Shown here one piece after another: positions 37,319 to 50,652 of a DNA stretch of 64,000 bases. This DNA comes from Malacoraja senta. Taxonomy: Eukaryota. The position numbers were made by a program, and so were the translations under genes. Positions within the stretch are counted from its first letter, which is position 1. Every line of letters begins with the position of its first letter. The notes under the pieces were generated by a model. That model was not told the DNA's origin, did not search any database, and was given only the letters and a program-made list of their open reading frames with translations. The DNA lies in the NCBI GenBank assembly GCA_038087875.1, contig JAXLNO010006072.1:62001-126000 (forward strand), written 5' to 3'.

Positions 37319-37433
37319 TGATGGGTGGCTGAAGAGGGTGACCAGTTTTAGCGCACCAGCCCGCAGGATGGATATCAGCACTGTCGGCATCAATCCAGTA
37401 ATCATAATCATGGTTCCATCCATCAAAATGTAT
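37319..37433 (-). CDS. L3MBTL3: L3MBTL3 exon F (115 nt): IHFDGWNHDYDYWIDADSADIHPAGWCAKTGHPLQPPI
   Basis: tag acceptor, gtaag donor; second half of MBT3. Confidence 0.95.
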
Positions 37434-37921
37434 CTAGATAAATAATAAGTTTACAATCAAATTAAAACATCACATTATTATGAAAATGTATTTTTGCCAA
37501 GCACAGTAAATATATTGTTCTAAGATCTATGTTCACCTGAAATACCAATTTATGTTAAAGGGTCAAAAGTTTCATATTTAGTGGTGAAATAATCTCTCAG
37601 CGATTTTAGTATTTGTTATGGTATCAATTACATTATTGGATATGTGTTTGTTACTTTGCTAGTTATGTTGCACTATTCTATTCTAGTCATCTATTCTTTC
37701 ACTCACTGATGCGTTTATCCGTTCTGGATCCAAATACCTCCACATCAGCCATCAGATTTCACTCACAATTCCCAGAGGAGGCAATAAGCCAGAGGAAATA
37801 TTTTACCCCTCTCTTTCCTGTCCAATTGTTTTTCTTTGAAAGACTATGTTTACTCTCAAAGTTTAATTATGTAGAGTAAAGAATATAGCTTTTGATTAAA
37901 AATGTAATGGATCTGAAACAT

Positions 37922-38088
37922 CGTGTAGAAAAGAACTGCAGATGCTGGTTTAAATCGAAGGTAGACACAAAATGTTGGAGTAACTCAGCGGGACAGGGAG
38001 CATCTCTGGAGAGAATGTCTCGATCTGAAACGGCATCCATTCCTTCGCTCCAGAGATGCTGCCTGTCCCACTGAGTTACTCCAGCATT
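37922..38088. mobile_element. Fold-back of PLE tails; right end displaced to about 45641-45652 by nested LINEs
   Basis: Inverted arms; TSD tggatc(t/a)gaaacat at 37908-37921 and 45653-45666. Confidence 0.8.
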
Positions 38089-38573
38089 ATAGAAACATAG
38101 AAAAATAGGTGCAGGAGTAGGCCATTCGGCCCTTCGAGCCAAAACTGCCATTCAATATGATCATAGTTGATCTAAAATCAGTACCCCATTCCTGCTTTTC
38201 CCCCCATATCCCTTGATTCCTTTAAGCCTAATAGCTAAATCTAACTCTCTATTGAAAACATCCAGTGAATTGGTCTCCACTGCCTACTGTGGCAGAGAAT
38301 TCCACAGATTCACAGCTATCTAGGTGAAAATGGTTTTCCTCATCTCAGTCCCAAATGGCCTACCCCTTATTCTTAAACTGTGATCCCTGGTTCTGGACTC
38401 CCTCAACATCGGGAACATTTTTCTTGCATCAAGCCTGTCCACCCTTTAAGGATTTTATATGTTTCTATAAGAATCCCTCTCATCCTTCTAAATTCCAATG
38501 AATACAAGCCCAGTCGACCCATTCTTTCATCATAGGTCAGTCCCGCCATCCCGGGAATTAACCTCATGAACCT
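38089..38573 (-). mobile_element. CR1 3' part (continues at 45327-45640)
   Basis: CR1 tail and RT C-terminus; resumes collinearly after the full-length CR1. Confidence 0.9.
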
Positions 38574-38993
38574 GGTAACCTGGACAGAGGCCCAGGAGCT
38601 GTTGGAGCGGTCGCAGTGGGAGGAGCAACGTCCGAGCGGTAGGCTTAAAACCGGAGTGCGGGGCTTTGCTTTACAGAGGCCCAGGAGCCGTTGGAGCGGT
38701 TGCAGAGGGAGGAGCAACGTCCGAGCGGTAGGGTTAAAACCCGAGTGCGGGGCTTGTTTTTTTACAAAGGCCCAGGAGCGGTTGGAGCGGTCGCAGAGGG
38801 AGGAGGAACCCAAATCTGTAACGTTCCAACATTCCATTCGCATTTCAAAACAAGTGGGCTTGAGGAAGCCGCTGATTGGTGGAAGCGGACAAGAGGGAGC
38901 AGCTGATTGGAAGTCAGATCCCTGCTGATTTCTTCCAGCAGTTTGTATTGTATTGTATTGTACTTTGTATTGTATCCAGGATAAGGGGGGAGT

Positions 38994-39946
38994 ATGAGGG
39001 CCAGGGCAGTTTACTGTTTTGGATGTCAGATGTGGGAGGTCAAGGAATCTGATAGCCTTCCAGACGTGCACATCTGCGCCAGGTGTATTGAGATGGGGCT
39101 CCTAAGGGACCGTATTAGGAACCTGGAGCAGCAGCTCGATGACCTCCGTCTGGTCAGGGAGAGTGAGGAAGTCATAGAGAGGAGTTACAGAGAGGTGGTC
39201 ACTCCAAGACCACAGGAGGCAGGCAAGTGGGTCACGGTTAGGAGCGGCAAGCGGCAGAGGCAGGGACTAGAGAGTACCCCGGTGGCTGTACACCTTGACA
39301 ATAAGTACTCCTGTTAGAGAGTACTGTTGGGGGGGACAGCCTACCTGGGGGTAGCAACAGCGGCCGGGCCTCCGGTACAAAGACCGGCCCTGTTGCTCAG
39401 AAGGGTAAGGAAAAGAAGAGGAGGGCAGTAGTAATAGGGGACTCTATAGTTAGGGGGTCAGATAGGCGATTCTGTGGATGCAGTCTGGAGACCCGGATGG
39501 TAGTTTGCCTCCCTGGTGCCAGGGTCTGGGATGTGTCTGAACGTGTCCAAGATATCCTGAAATGGGAGGGAGCGGAGCCTGAGGTCGTGGTACATATAGG
39601 TACCAATGACATAGGTACCAATGACATAGGTAGAAAAAGAGAAGAGGTCCTGAAAGGAGAATTTAGGGAGTTAGGAGGAGAGTTAAGGAGAAGGACCGCA
39701 AAGGTAACAATCTCGGGATTACTGCCTGTGCCACGCGACAGTGAGAGTAGGAATGGAGCGAGGTGGAGGATAAATGCGTGGCTGAAGGACTGGTGCAGAG
39801 GGCAGGGATTCAAGTTTCTGGATCATTGGGACCTCTTTTGTGGAAGGTGTGACCTGTACAAAAAGGACGGGTTGCACTTGAACCCGAGGGGGACCAATAT
39901 CCTGGCAGGGAGATTAGCAAAGGCTACTGCGGAGACTTTAAACTAG
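38994..39946 (+). pseudogene. CR1 ORF1: zinc finger, coiled coil, SGNH esterase (frameshifted near 39317)
   Basis: CFGC..CARC; VIGDSIVRG, HIGTND (15-bp duplication), DGLHLN. Confidence 0.85.
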
Positions 39947-40257
39947 AACGGTTTGGGGGAGGGACTCAAATAGAGAAAGCTAGTAGACAGTGTGTGAGGC
40001 AGGAGGCAGAGAAGGGAAGCACTCAGACCCAACATGTAGGGAAGAAAGAAGAAAAAAATAATAAAAAGAGAATAAGAGGTGGTGGGTTTCTTAAATGTGT
40101 GAGCAGAGAGACGGAGGGGTGTAAAATGAGGGTAGAAGCAATAGGTAGCAAGGTGAAAAGTAAAAGTAGCAGGCAGACAAATGCAGGGCAAAAATCAAAA
40201 AGGGCCACTTTTCAACATAATTGTATAAGGGGTAAGAGCGTTGTAAAAACATGCCTG

Positions 40258-43200
40258 AAGGCTTTGTGTCTCAATGCAAGGAGCATTCGTAATAAGATGG
40301 ATGAGTTGAATGTGCAGATAGCTATTAATGATTATGATATAGTTGGGATCACGGAGACATGGCTCCAGGGTGACCAAGGCTGGGAGCTGAACATCCAGGG
40401 ATATTCAATATTCAGGAGGGATAGACAGAAAGGAAAAGGAGGTGGGGTAGCGTTGCTGGTTAGAGAGGAGATTAACGCAATGGAAAGGAAGGACATTAGC
40501 TTGGAGGATGTGGAATCGATATGGGTATAGCTGCGAAACACTAAGGGGCAGAAAACGTAGTGGGTGTTGTGTACAGGCCACCTAACAGTAGTAGTGGAGT
40601 TGGGGATGGCATCAAACAGGAAATTAGAAATGCGTGCAAGAAGGGTAAAACAGTTATAATGGGTGACTTCAATCTACATATAGATTGGGTGAATCAAATT
40701 GGCAGTGGTGCTGAGGAAGAGGATTTCTTGGAATGCATGCGGGATAGTTTTATAAACCAACATGTAAAGGAACCAACGAGAGAGCAGGCTATTCTAGACT
40801 GGGTATTGAGTAATGAGGAAGGGTTAGTTAGCAGTCTTGTTGTGCGTGGCCCCTTGGGCAAGAGTGACCATAATATGGTTGAGTTCTTCATTAGGATGGA
40901 GAGTGACATTGTTAATTCAGAAACAAGGGTTCTGAACTTAATGAAAGGTAACTTTGAGGGTATGAGACATGAATTGGCCAAGATTGACTGGCAATTGATT
41001 CTTACAGGGTTGACGGTGGATATGCAATGGAAGGCATTTAAAGACTGCATGGATGAACTACAACAATTGTTCATCCCAGTTTGGCAAAAGAATAAATCAG
41101 GGAAGGTAGTGCATCCGTGGATAACAAGGGAAATCAGGGATAGTATCAAAACAAAAGATGAAGCGTACAAATTATCCAGAAAAAGCAGCCTACCAGAGGA
41201 CTGGGAGAAATTCAGTCCAGCAGAGGAGGACAAAGGGCTTAATTAGGAAAGGGAAAATAGATTCTTTTTTTAAATTTTTATTATTTTTATTAGTACGGTA
41301 AATTACAGTAATACACAACACTTATATCTTAATACATTTTTTATACCGCTTCATTTTTTTGAGCTTTAAGAGAAAGATAGAAGTAAGAAAAGTAAAGAAA
41401 GTGCGCAAGAGTCGTGAGGTGCAAGAGAGTGTTGTGAAAAGAAAGCCCCTTAGAAAAGAAGTTAGAGAAGGAAGTAAAGTAAGAAAGTAGATCCTAGAAA
41501 AGAAAGAAAAAGAAAGTAGGAACAATCGCAGAAAGGGAACCACCAACCAAGTCTGTTTTTATTGTTTTACCTCCCATTACCAGGTCCTGATACCATTTCT
41601 TTATTTATTTATTTTTTAAATTACTATTGCACCTCATGCTTGTAATAGGTCCAAAAACGTAGACCACGTCTTTTGGAATTGGTCTGCTTTCCCTGCTAAG
41701 AGGAATCTCATCTCTTCCAGATGTAATGTTTCCAACATATTTGATGTCCACATTTTTATTGTTGGTGTGGGCGCATTTTTCCAGAATTTAAGTATGAGCC
41801 TTTTTCCCATTATTAGCCCGTAATTGGTATAAGTTCTTCTGATACACGTTTAATTCAGGGATACCTTCCGATATTCCAAAAATGATCCATTCTGGTTTTG
41901 GTACCAGTTTTATTTTAATTAATTTTGAGAAAATATCAAATATTTCATACCAGAATTTTTGGATTTTTGTACAAAAAACAAAAGAATGCGCTATGGTAGC
42001 TTCTTGACATAGACATTTATCACAGATTGGTGAAACATTAGGAAAGATTTTATTTAATTTAGTTTTTGAATAATATAGTCTATGTAATGTTTTGAATTGG
42101 ATGAGCGTATGTCGTACGTTGATCGAACATTTATGCACCTGTAGTAAATGGTTATCCCAGCTCTCTTTTGAAATTTTTATAGCTAATTCTTGTTCCCAGT
42201 CTCTTCTAATTCCTTCTGTTGTGGGTATTTCTATGTTTAAAATGATATTATATAAGTACGATATTAGATTAGCTGATTCCGCCTTTGTCTTCATTGCTTC
42301 ATCTAGTAAGTCGGAAGGCATATTATGATAGTCTTTTGTGTATTTTTTCAGGTAATCACGAATTTGTAGATATTTAAAATATTGATTATTTTTCAGATTA
42401 TATTTCAGTTGTAGTTGTTGAAATTATAGTAATTTTCCCAATTCATACAGATCTTCGAGCGTTTTGATTCCTATTCTTTCCCATTGTATAAATGATTTGT
42501 CTATGGTTGAAGGTTTAAACGATGGGTTATTAACTATTGGTATTGAGAGAGATAGGTTTCTTAATTTTAGATTCTGTTTTATTTGTTTCCATGTTCTAAT
42601 TGTGCTATTTATAATTGGGTTTTTATTATAATTTTTATTATTCAAATTTATTGGAGAGAGAATAATCGCTCCTATATTACTCGGGGAACAGTCCCCTTTT
42701 TCCATTATAATCCAGTCCACCTGCTGGGCAGAATTGTCCAGCAGGTGAATCATATTTTTAATATTTACTGCCCATTTATAATACATAAAGTTAGGGAGCG
42801 CGAGACCCCCCAACTCTTTTCGTTTATTAAGGTGTGCTCTTTGTATTCTATGGGATTTATAATCCCATATAAAATTTGTAATGTCTGAGTCCAATTTTTT
42901 GAAAAACTTTTTTGGGAGATATTTAGGTATAGATTGAAATAGGTATAGGATTTGTGTTAAGAAAATCATTTTTATAGCATTTATTCTGCCTATTAAGGAC
43001 ATCGGAAGTGTTTTCCAGAATGTAATCATATTATTTAATTTCTTAAGTAAGGGATTATAATTGGCTTTAAACATATCCTGGTAATTTCTAGTAATTTCAA
43101 TTCCCAAATATTTGAATTTTTCTGTAGCTATTTTAAAGGGGAATTTCCTGAGGTGTGTTGAGTCTTTTGGTTTTATCTACATAATTTCACTTTTGTTCCA

Positions 43201-45247
43201 GTTTATTCTATATCCTGAAAAGGATCCAAAGTCCTCAATTAAATTTAATATATTTGGTATACTAATTTGTGGTTTTGTGATGTACAATAGTACATCATCG
43301 GCATATAAGGATATTTTGTTATTTGAATATTTTGTATTATAACCGTAAATATCCATGTGTGTTCTTATTTTTTCAGCAAGGGGTTCAATTACTAAAGCAA
43401 ATAACAGCGGTGATAATGAACATCCTTGTCTATTGCCCCTTGATAGTTCAAATTTCGAGGATGGGAATAGATTATGAAAGAATACTGGCAGGGAACATAA
43501 AAACTGACTGCAAAAGTTTTTATAGATATGTGAAGAGAAAGAGATTAGTTAAAACAAATGTAGGTCCCTTGCAGTCAGAAACAGGTGAATTGATCATGGG
43601 GAACAAGGACATGGCAGACCAATTGAATAACTACTTTGGTTCTGTCTTCACTAAGGAAGAAATAAATAATCTGCCGGAAATAGCAGGGGACCGCATGTCA
43701 AATGAGATGGAGGAACTGAGTGAAATCCAGGTTAGCCGGGAAGTGGTGTTAGGTAAATTGAATGGATTAATGGCCGATAAATCCCCAGGGCCAGATAGGT
43801 TGCATCCCAGAGTACTTAAGGAAGTAGCCCCAGAAATAGTGGATGCATTAGTGATCATTTTTCAAAACTCCTTAGATTCTGGAGTTGTTCCTGAGGATTG
43901 GAGGGTAGCTAATGTAACCCCATTTTTTAAAAAGGGAGGGGGAGAGAAAACGGGGAATTACAGACCAGTTAGTCTAACATAGGTAATGGGGAACTGCTAG
44001 AGTCAGTTATTAAAGATGGGATAGCAGCACATTTGGAAAGTGGTGAAATCATTGGACAAAGTCAGCATGGATTTACGAAAGGTAAATCATGTCTGATGAA
44101 TCTTATAGAATTTTTCGAGGATGTAACTAGTAGAGTGGATAAGGGAGAACCAGTGGATGTGTTATATCTGGACTTTCAGAAGGCCTTCGACAAGGTCCCA
44201 CATAAGAGATTAGTATACAAACTTAAAGCACATGGTATTGGGGGTTCAGTATTGATGTGGATAGAGAACTGGCTGGCAAACAGGAAGCAAAGAGTAGGAG
44301 TAAGCGGGTCCTTTTCAGAATGGCAGGCAGTGACTAGTGGGGTACCGCAAGGCTCAGTGCTGGGACCCCAGCTATTTACAATATATATTAATGATTTGGA
44401 CGAGGGAATTGAATGCAACATCTCCAAGTTTGCGGATGACACGAAGCTGGGGGGCAGTGTTAGCTGTGAGGAGGATGCGAGGATGCTGCAAGGTGACTTG
44501 GATAGGCTGGGTGAGTGGGCAAATGCATGGCAGATGCAGTATAATGTGGATAAATGTGAGGTTATCCACTTTGGCGGCAAAAACAGGAAAGTAGACTATT
44601 ATCTAAATGGTGGCCGATTAGGAAAAGGGGAGATGCAACGAGACCTGGGTGTCATGGTACACCAGTCATTGAAATTAGACATGCAGGTGCAGCAGGCAGT
44701 GAAGAAAGCGAATGGTATGTTAGCATTTATAGCAAAAGGATTTGAGTATAGGAGCAGGGAGGTTCTACTGCAATTGTACAGGGTCTTGGTGAGACCACAC
44801 CTGGAGTATTGCGTACAGTTTTGGTCTCCAAATCTGAGGAAAGACATTCTTGCCATAGAGGGAGTACAGAGAAGGTTCACCAGACTGATTCCTGGGATGT
44901 CAGGACTTTCATATGAAGAAAGACTGGATAGGTTGAGGGGGGATCTTATAGAAACTTACAAAATTCTTAAGGGATTGGACAGGCTAGATGCAGGAAGATT
45001 GTCCCCGATGTTGGGGAAGTCCAGGACAAGGGGTCACAGTTTAAGGATAAAGGGGAAATCCTTTAGGACCGAGATGAGAAAAACATTTTTCACACAGAGA
45101 GTGGTGAATCTCTGGAAGTCTCTGCCACAGAAGGTAGTTGAGTCCAGTTCATTGGCTATATTTAAGAAGGAGTTAGATGTGGCCCTTGTGGCTAAAGGGA
45201 TCAGGTGGTATGGAGAGAAGGCAGGTACAGGATACCGAGTTGGATGA
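40258..45247 (+). pseudogene. CR1 ORF2 (APE-RT), disrupted by stops and an L1 insertion
   Basis: LNARSI, GITETW, MGDFN, SDHN; QGSVLGP, KFADDT. Confidence 0.88.
41264..43465 (-). mobile_element. L1 LINE, 5'-truncated
   Basis: RGNRQGCSLSPLLF, LYADDV, GGLALPNF, CDKC..HSFVFC; A-rich tail; TSD aatagatt at 41256-41263 and 43466-43473. Confidence 0.92.
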
Positions 45248-45326
45248 TCAGCCATGATCATATTGAATGGCGGTGCAGGCTCAAAGGGCCGAATGGCCTG
45301 CTCCTGTACATATTTTCTATGTTTCT

Positions 45327-45640
45327 ATGAACCTATGCTGTACTCCCTCAAAAGCAATAATGTCCTTCCTCAAATTAGGATACCAAAATTGCACACAATA
45401 CTCCAGGTGCAGTCTCACCAAGGTCCTATACAACTGCTGTTGGACCTCCTTGCTCCTACACTCAAATCCTCCTGCAATGAAGGCCAACATGCTATTAGCT
45501 TTCTTCACTGCCTGCTGTACCTGCATGCTTACTTTCAGTGACCACCCAGGTCTCGTTGCATCTCCCCAATACCCTGTGGTCTAGTTTTGCACAGTAATCT
45601 CTTGTGTGGGATCTTGTCAACGGCTTTTTGAAAGTCCAGA
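45327..45640 (-). mobile_element. Continuation of the CR1 at 38089-38573
   Basis: MQVQQAVKKANSML..LEYCVQFW; collinear across the TSD. Confidence 0.85.
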
Positions 45641-45857
45641 TTTTGGACTTTCTGGATCAGAAACATTCACTGTTTTTCTCTCCATTTATAACATGTAATC
45701 TGTTGAGTACGTAAAGCATCTGTTTTTAATTCAGTAGAAAGGGACTATGACCACGTTCCTTCTGCACCTTCCATTTCTGTTAAGTGTTCGGCAGTAGAAT
45801 GTGGATATTAAAGCACAGATTTTAAAAATTCCATTTGCTTCAAAATGAACACTGCTT

Positions 45858-46844
45858 CATAGAACAACGCAACACAGAAACAGGTCCTTTAGCCCAACTC
45901 GTCCATGCTGACCAAGTTCTTTAATCGAACTAGTTCCATCTGACTGCACCATATCCCTCCAAATCTTTCTTACCCATATACCTATCTAATATTGTAATTG
46001 CACCCATCTTTACCACTTCCTCTCGCAGCTCCTTCCATGTATGTGCCACCTTGTGTGAAAAAGTTACCTTTGGGTCTCTTTTAAATTCCCCCCCCTCTCA
46101 TTTAAAACTAAGCCCTCAGGTTTTAGACTCCTCTACCCTGCTGAAAAGACTGTACCTGTTCACGCCTATGCCCGTCATGATTTTATACACCTCTATCAAG
46201 GTCACCCTTCAGCTTCCTATATTCTGGGGAAACAAATTCCAGCCTAATCAGCTTCTCACTGTAGCTCAAACTCTCCAGACCTAGTAATAAATTTAAATCA
46301 TTTTTTGCACCTTTCCAGTTTAATAGCATTGTTCTTATAGCAGGGTGGCCAAACTGTGTATAGTGCTCTATATGTGGCCTTCCCAACATCTCATACAGCT
46401 GTAACATGGTGCTCCAACTCATGTACTGAATATCCTGACCGACCAGGGCAAAAGTGCCAAATGGCTTCTTTACCACCCTGTATTACCATATTTCCACCCT
46501 TAGGTCTCTGTTCTATAACTCTCACCTGGGTTCTGCCATTTACTGTGGAAATCGTCCCCTGGTTTGTCCTACTAAAATGCAACACCTTACATTTATTTGA
46601 ATTAAACTCCATTTGACATTCTTTGGTATATTGGCCCAGTTATCAAGATCCTGTTGTAGTCCAAGATAATCTTCTTCACTGTCCACTATACTACCATTTT
46701 AGGGACATTCACAAAAATACTAATCATGCCACCTACATTCATGTGCAAATTGTCAATATAAATAATGAACATCAGTGGACCCAGCACTGATCCCTGTGGT
46801 AAATCACTTGTTACAGGCCTCCAGTCTGAAAAGAACAAATCTCT
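45858..46844 (-). mobile_element. Old CR1 fragment (continues at 51962-52150)
   Basis: MEFNSNKCKV, QGSVLGP; split by the Nimb element. Confidence 0.7.
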
Positions 46845-46930
46845 TCTTCTTCTTCTTCTTCTTCTTGTAGGATTCCGGCAGTGTAGACGCTGCTAAGCGT
46901 ATTACTGCCCTCCACAGGTCAAAGTTTGAA

Positions 46931-49900
46931 CTAAATTCTTACATACAGTCCTGTAACTTGCAGGAATTGAAGAACAGCCCTGGATATCAGTTGATGTTTC
47001 TCATTGTGTCCAAACAAAGATAAAACAGAAAAAGCCTCAACTCCAAGTCCTGTCAGTCTAACAAATAATACTTTTCTTTCTACCCTATACTTTTTACATT
47101 CTAGGAAAACATGCTTAACTGTCTCATTACTCCCACATTCACACAAGCCAGAAACATGTTTCCCTACAATGCACAAATAGTAATTTAACCCACAGTGTCC
47201 CAACTTCAATCTACAGTTTAACTGTCCCTACGGGACAGAGATGTACAGAAACATATTTTCCTAACTTCAGATTGTATAGAAAAGTAGTGTCTACCCCTGA
47301 CTTCCATTTCCCATCCTCTCTGCCATTCTTTTGTTAAGCCCTCTTTAATTATTTCTCTCAGTTCCACTCTCCCCAATGATACATGGATATCTATTTCTCT
47401 TCTTAAACTCTCCTTTGCTATGAGGTCCACCTGCTCATTCCCCCTCACCCCAGCATGCCCGGGAACCCAGCAAAAAGTGATGTTACACGCAAACCCAATT
47501 CTAGAAAACACACTCAAGATTTCATTTAGAATGTCAGGACGAGCTTTAGATTTCCCTACTCTTAATGTTTCAAGAGCAGCTGCAGAATCAGAACAGATAA
47601 TGACTTCTCTAAAACTGGCTTCCTCAATCCACCATAGAGCCCATTGAATTGCCATTAATTCAGTCGTGAGAACAGAACTTCCATCAGAAATGCGCCGGCC
47701 AATCTTCAACCCAAGCTGCTCCACATACACTCCAAACCCAGCTCTCCCACTAACTGGATCTTTAGATCCATCTGTAAAAACAATCAAAGTACTCTCACTG
47801 ATTGAATTAAGATATTCCACTATTCTTGGAGTCACCTCGCGCTTATCTTTTTCCTGAAGAAAAGCAAGCTCAATAAACAGTTCAGGAAGAACCCAATAGG
47901 GCACAGGTAGCCTTATTGTATGCTCTATAATCCCCCCTTGTTCCAAACCCAGCTTCCTAGCCCACTGATTTATAATGACAAAAAATGTGTTATATTTGTT
48001 ACCATCATCAACCTCTTGCAACAAACACCTTGCTGGGAAGGTATCATTACACCCACAAAGTTTAGCCCAGTAATGTAACCCTAGCTTAATGCGCCTTAAC
48101 CATAAGGGCATTTCTCCCATTTCAACAATCAGGGCAGGGACTGGGGAAGTCCTGAAGGCTCCACAGCAAAGCCTCAAAGCCTTTGCCTGCAACACATCTA
48201 GCCTAGCCAGAACAGTTTTAGACGCAGACCCATACACAAAACACCCATAGTCAAGAGAAGATCTGATCATGGCCTGATAAATTAGCAACATTGTCTCCCT
48301 GTTGGCCCCCCACTCACACCCAACCAGACTTCTCATAACATTCAGAACTTTTTCACACTTCAACACAATTTTACCTACATGCACAGCCCAAGTCATACGC
48401 TCTTCAAACCAAACACCCAAAAACTTAAAAACCTTTACCTTCTCCAATAGAGACCCATACATATACAGCCCTAACTTAGGTAACTTTCTTTTAAAACCAA
48501 ATACCATATATTTAGTCTTAGAGGCAGAGATTTTAAAGCCCCATGTGTTCCCCCATTCCTCTACAGACACTAACACTCTTTGAATCTGTTTTAAAACAAA
48601 CTCTACATTACAACCTCTTTTCCAGATGGCCCCGTCATCTGCAAACAAAGACAGACCAAATCCTCTCTCTAATTTACAAAATATGTCATTTATCATGATA
48701 TTAAATAAAACTGGACTGATAACACTTCCCTGCGGGGTTCCATTCTCTATTTCTACAGACTCCGATCTGACACTACCAACCATTACTTGTATTGTTCTAT
48801 TCAATAAAAAATCCTTAATCCAGTTGAACATTCGTCCCCTGATTCCCAAGTCAAAAATTTTAATCATTAATCCACAAAGAATCATATGCCTTCTCAATAT
48901 CAAGGAATACACTCACTACTGTTTCCTTGCTTCTAAATGCCCTTTTAATATCCTGATCCAAAACTGATACAGACTCCATTGTAGACCTTCCATTCCTAAA
49001 GCCATTCTGTACATCAACAAATAGTCCTCTGGTTTCTAAAAAATAAACTAGTCTGTTGGTTACCATCCTCTCCATAATTTTACAGAGCACTGCTGTGAGC
49101 GCTATAGGACGATATGAACTAGGGTCAGATGCCTCTTTGCCCGGTTTTAAAATAGGGACCACGACTGCATGTTTCCATTCCTTTGGTAAATAACCCTCTG
49201 CCCACACAGTATTAAACAAAGCTAAGATTTCATCGTACAATATCATCCAGATGTTTAAATAACTCATACGACAACCTATCTCTCCCCGGGGTGGTATTTG
49301 CCCCAGACATAATTGCATCCTTCAACTCTTTTATGGTAAAAAACAGATTAAAGGTATTATCATTTACTAAACTCCTCTCCAGCTTCCACTGATTAACTGC
49401 CATCATCTCAGTTCTCTTTCTACACCTCTCCACTCCCATGCTCTCTGATCTATGCACTGCTTGAAAACTGTCAACACACATGTCTGCTTTTTCCTTATTG
49501 GTGACTGCTACCACCTCACCCTTCTGCAACACTGGTAACAAACTTCTTTTATATACTCCTGACATTCTACGCACAGCTGACCACAAATGCCTTACTGGAG
49601 TTTCCGGGCCTAGCGTACCACAAAACTTCCTCCAACTATTCCTCTTTGCATCCTTTACAACTCGTCTTGCTACTGCCCTTAGCCTCTTGTACTCCATTGC
49701 ATTGACCAAAATTGGATACTTTCTTAATTTTCGATAGGCTATATTCCTATTCCTTACAGCTTCATCACATTCTTTATTCCACCAAGGAACAGACATACGG
49801 GACCTAAGTTCCTGCTTCACAGGAATAGTACAACAAGCTGCCTCATGAATCATGAGACTAATGGAAGTATTCCAATTATCTACAGAACCCTCACTATTAA

Positions 49901-50645
49901 CCTCTCCAACTAAACTTTGAGCGTTCTCTTGGAATTTATCCCATTTGGCCTGATAAAAGTTATATCTAGGGACTTTCTTTTCCACTTCTCTCCTCAAATC
50001 CCTACCAAACCTACATAAAATTGGATAATGATCACTACCCAGTGTATATCTATCCATTACATCCCATTCACCAAAATTTGATGAAGCAATTGATAAATCT
50101 ATGTGGCTGCAGGTGTTTCTCACAATATTATACCTAGACGGCCTTCCATCATTTAACAATACCAACTCATACTTGTCTAGAAATTCTTCAACAATAACAC
50201 CATTTTTATCCCTGTGATCACTACCCCATAAAGGATTATGCGCATTAAAATCTCCAATCCATATAACAGGACACCTTACCTTCTCCATTATCTCATCAAA
50301 ATCTGACAATATCAAGGGTTGACAGGGGTTATAATAATTTATCACAATGATAGAATTCTGGCTGCTCCAAACTTCCACAGCCAAAACTTCAAGATTAGAA
50401 TTAATATCAACTTTCCTATACTGCAACCCAGTCTTAACAAAAGTTGCACAACCCCCACCTGATCTATCAGACCTATCTAATCGCACACATTCATAACCTG
50501 GGATTACAAAATCTAGACAGGGCTTTAACCATGTCTCTTGGATACATATTAATTCTGGTGCTTCTTTAAATTCATCAACAAATCTCTTTAACTCTTGACC
50601 ATTTCCAATCAGACTCCGGGCGTTCCATTGAAGTATATAAAACAT
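46931..50645 (-). pseudogene. Nimb ORF2 (APE, RT, RNase H, C-terminal CCHC) with about three frameshifts
   Basis: ILQWNARS, CIQETW, GSDHYP; YRPIALT, FLDIEKAYD, GTPQGSVISP, LFADD; FTDGSK, WVPGHAGVRGNE; CECG..ETVKHVFLEC. Confidence 0.9.
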
Positions 50646-50652
50646 TATGGTG

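Larger units (their letters stand above)
38574..45326 (+). mobile_element. Full-length CR1 LINE (inactive, with an L1 inserted)
   Basis: 8-bp TSD atgaacct at 38566-38573 and 45327-45334; 5' UTR monomers, ORF1, ORF2, tttctatgtttct tail. Confidence 0.93.
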
